A stretch of 37,210 nt of DNA from a virus (lineage: Duplodnaviria; Caudoviricetes), in IMG/VR virus record IMGVR_UViG_3300032305_002169, positions 1 through 37,210 of that record, one strand, 5' to 3'. Below the pieces are notes generated by a model, which was not told the DNA's origin, ran no database searches, and was given only the letters and a program-made list of their open reading frames with translations. Position 1 is the stretch's first letter, and each line of letters opens with the position of its first letter. This document shows, one piece after another, positions 35,979-37,210 of this stretch. A program made the translations under genes and the position numbers.

Positions 35979-36599
35979 TTATGAACTGCTAGAGCTGCTT
36001 GAGCTCCTAGAGCTACTGGAGCTGGAACTTCTAGAACTACTCGAACTTGAGCTGGAGCTCCTTGAACTACTTGAACTAGAGCTTGAGCTCGGCACGCCAC
36101 CAATCCACAACTCGCCAATTGGGTTTAACCGATCGGCTAAGTCTAGCGTACGTTTAAGTGTGTACACATCGGCGGCTGTATCGCGAATAAATGCGTGCAC
36201 TTCAGCGCGCGACCGGAGTACGACATCGATATAGTTGAGGCGAAACCATTCAGGCCGCACGTTGGGTATAGGCGCGTCTTCAGGGTATTCTTCGAGGTCA
36301 GACGGCGAGCATACGTGGTCAAACGCGCCTGTACGCTCTTCAGCGTCTGCCTGCGCTGGCAACAACAGGTACGCAAATACCTTTGTAGGCATTAGCGCCG
36401 CGGCTGTTGCTTCAATGCGTACGCGTATTCCGTCAGACTTGTGGAAATGGTAATCGCTTACCGACCACGTAAGTCGTATTTTACGTGGCGTATCTGCTTC
36501 GCCAACTTGCACTGGCATAGGCGGCGATGCGTAATCAGCACCCAGCGCCCAATCCAATCCGGGAATGTCTGAATCAGGCGGTAGGTGGTTGCACGTCAT
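35979..36599 (-). CDS. Hypothetical protein with poly-Ser C-terminal tail
   Basis: 206-aa ORF ending in about 35 residues of Ser with three Arg. Confidence 0.75.
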   Translation of the reverse strand: MTCNHLPPDSDIPGLDWALGADYASPPMPVQVGEADTPRKIRLTWSVSDYHFHKSDGIRVRIEATAAALMPTKVFAYLLLPAQADAEERTGAFDHVCSPSDLEEYPEDAPIPNVRPEWFRLNYIDVVLRSRAEVHAFIRDTAADVYTLKRTLDLADRLNPIGELWIGGVPSSSSSSSSSRSSSSSSSSSRSSSSSSSRSSSSSSSS

Positions 36600-37173
36600 T
36601 GTTTACGCTGTTCTGCTTTTGGAATTGTTTGGCTTGCGCTTTTTTAGATGACGATATCGCTTTTTTGACCAACACGCGGGCCGGCCAGTCGATAAACGGT
36701 AATCCCCGCTTTTCAGACTCTTCTTTAAGCCAGCCCACAATTGTATCAATATTGTTTTCGCACCATGTAGTGCCCATAAAGTCCATGTATCGCGCGCGAG
36801 CGTTACAAGAGCATGTAGGCGATGCTTTGATGCCTATACGCCCCAAATATTTTTTCAAATGGGCGCCAGGGCCGCTTGTGTCTTCTTGCGGCTGTGGCTC
36901 TTCGGGCGGCTGCTCTGCAGGTTGCGGCTCTTGAATTTGCGGCTGCAGTTGTTCTGACGGCTGCGGGAATGGCGTCGGGTTGTCTGCGGTCGTTTCTTGA
37001 ATTGCCGCGGCTTGGCGATGGCGGCATTTTGACGCTATGTCTGCTTGAATTTCGTTCCATCGCGCATCTACAACCGACGTAGCCATACCCAGCTGATATC
37101 CGCACGTTTTGCATTTTTTGCAGGTAAAGTTGCCTGAAATAGCGCATGGAATGTTTTCAAACTCGCAAAACAT
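36574..37173 (-). CDS. Cys-rich hypothetical protein
   Basis: GPG..LKK.L..IGI.....CSCNARA..MD..G..WC..N.DTIVGWL.EE motif; P/Q/E linker. Confidence 0.75.
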   Translation of the reverse strand: MFCEFENIPCAISGNFTCKKCKTCGYQLGMATSVVDARWNEIQADIASKCRHRQAAAIQETTADNPTPFPQPSEQLQPQIQEPQPAEQPPEEPQPQEDTSGPGAHLKKYLGRIGIKASPTCSCNARARYMDFMGTTWCENNIDTIVGWLKEESEKRGLPFIDWPARVLVKKAISSSKKAQAKQFQKQNSVNNDVQPPTA

Positions 37174-37210
37174 ATGTGGGCTCCCGTTAATGATTTCTCG
37201 CTTCGCGCGA

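Noticed and set aside
35668-36234. Plus-strand ORF with ELLELL repeats resembling a leucine zipper
   Set aside because: Reverse complement of the poly-Ser tail.

Overview
This window looks like part of a large tailed-phage genome, probably infecting a Planctomycete (host is an inference). Genes are dense and mostly on the minus strand. Recognisable ones include a gpA-type terminase large subunit, dUTPase, ADP-heptose 6-epimerase, a MoxR-type AAA+/vWA pair, a stand-alone RNA polymerase alpha-CTD, CsrA, two HNH proteins and an atypical tRNA-Thr(UGU). The main find is a candidate non-CRISPR RNA-guided system. Two arrays (1900-2537, 9 units; 26422-26791, 6 units) consist of strictly 5-nt-periodic GGY-NN repeats on the minus strand, separated by a conserved ~18-nt AU-rich linker. 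The second array heads an apparent operon: array -> small HNH nuclease -> Cas7/RAMP-like protein. From memory, and unverified here, this matches VIPR (Viral Interference Programmable Repeat) systems. Hand counts show the variable NN dinucleotides have the bias of codon positions 1-2, suggesting gapped recognition of coding DNA that skips the wobble base. All family names are from motif recognition, not database searches. The supplied track mislabels ORF 32190-33392 as minus; it is on the plus strand.
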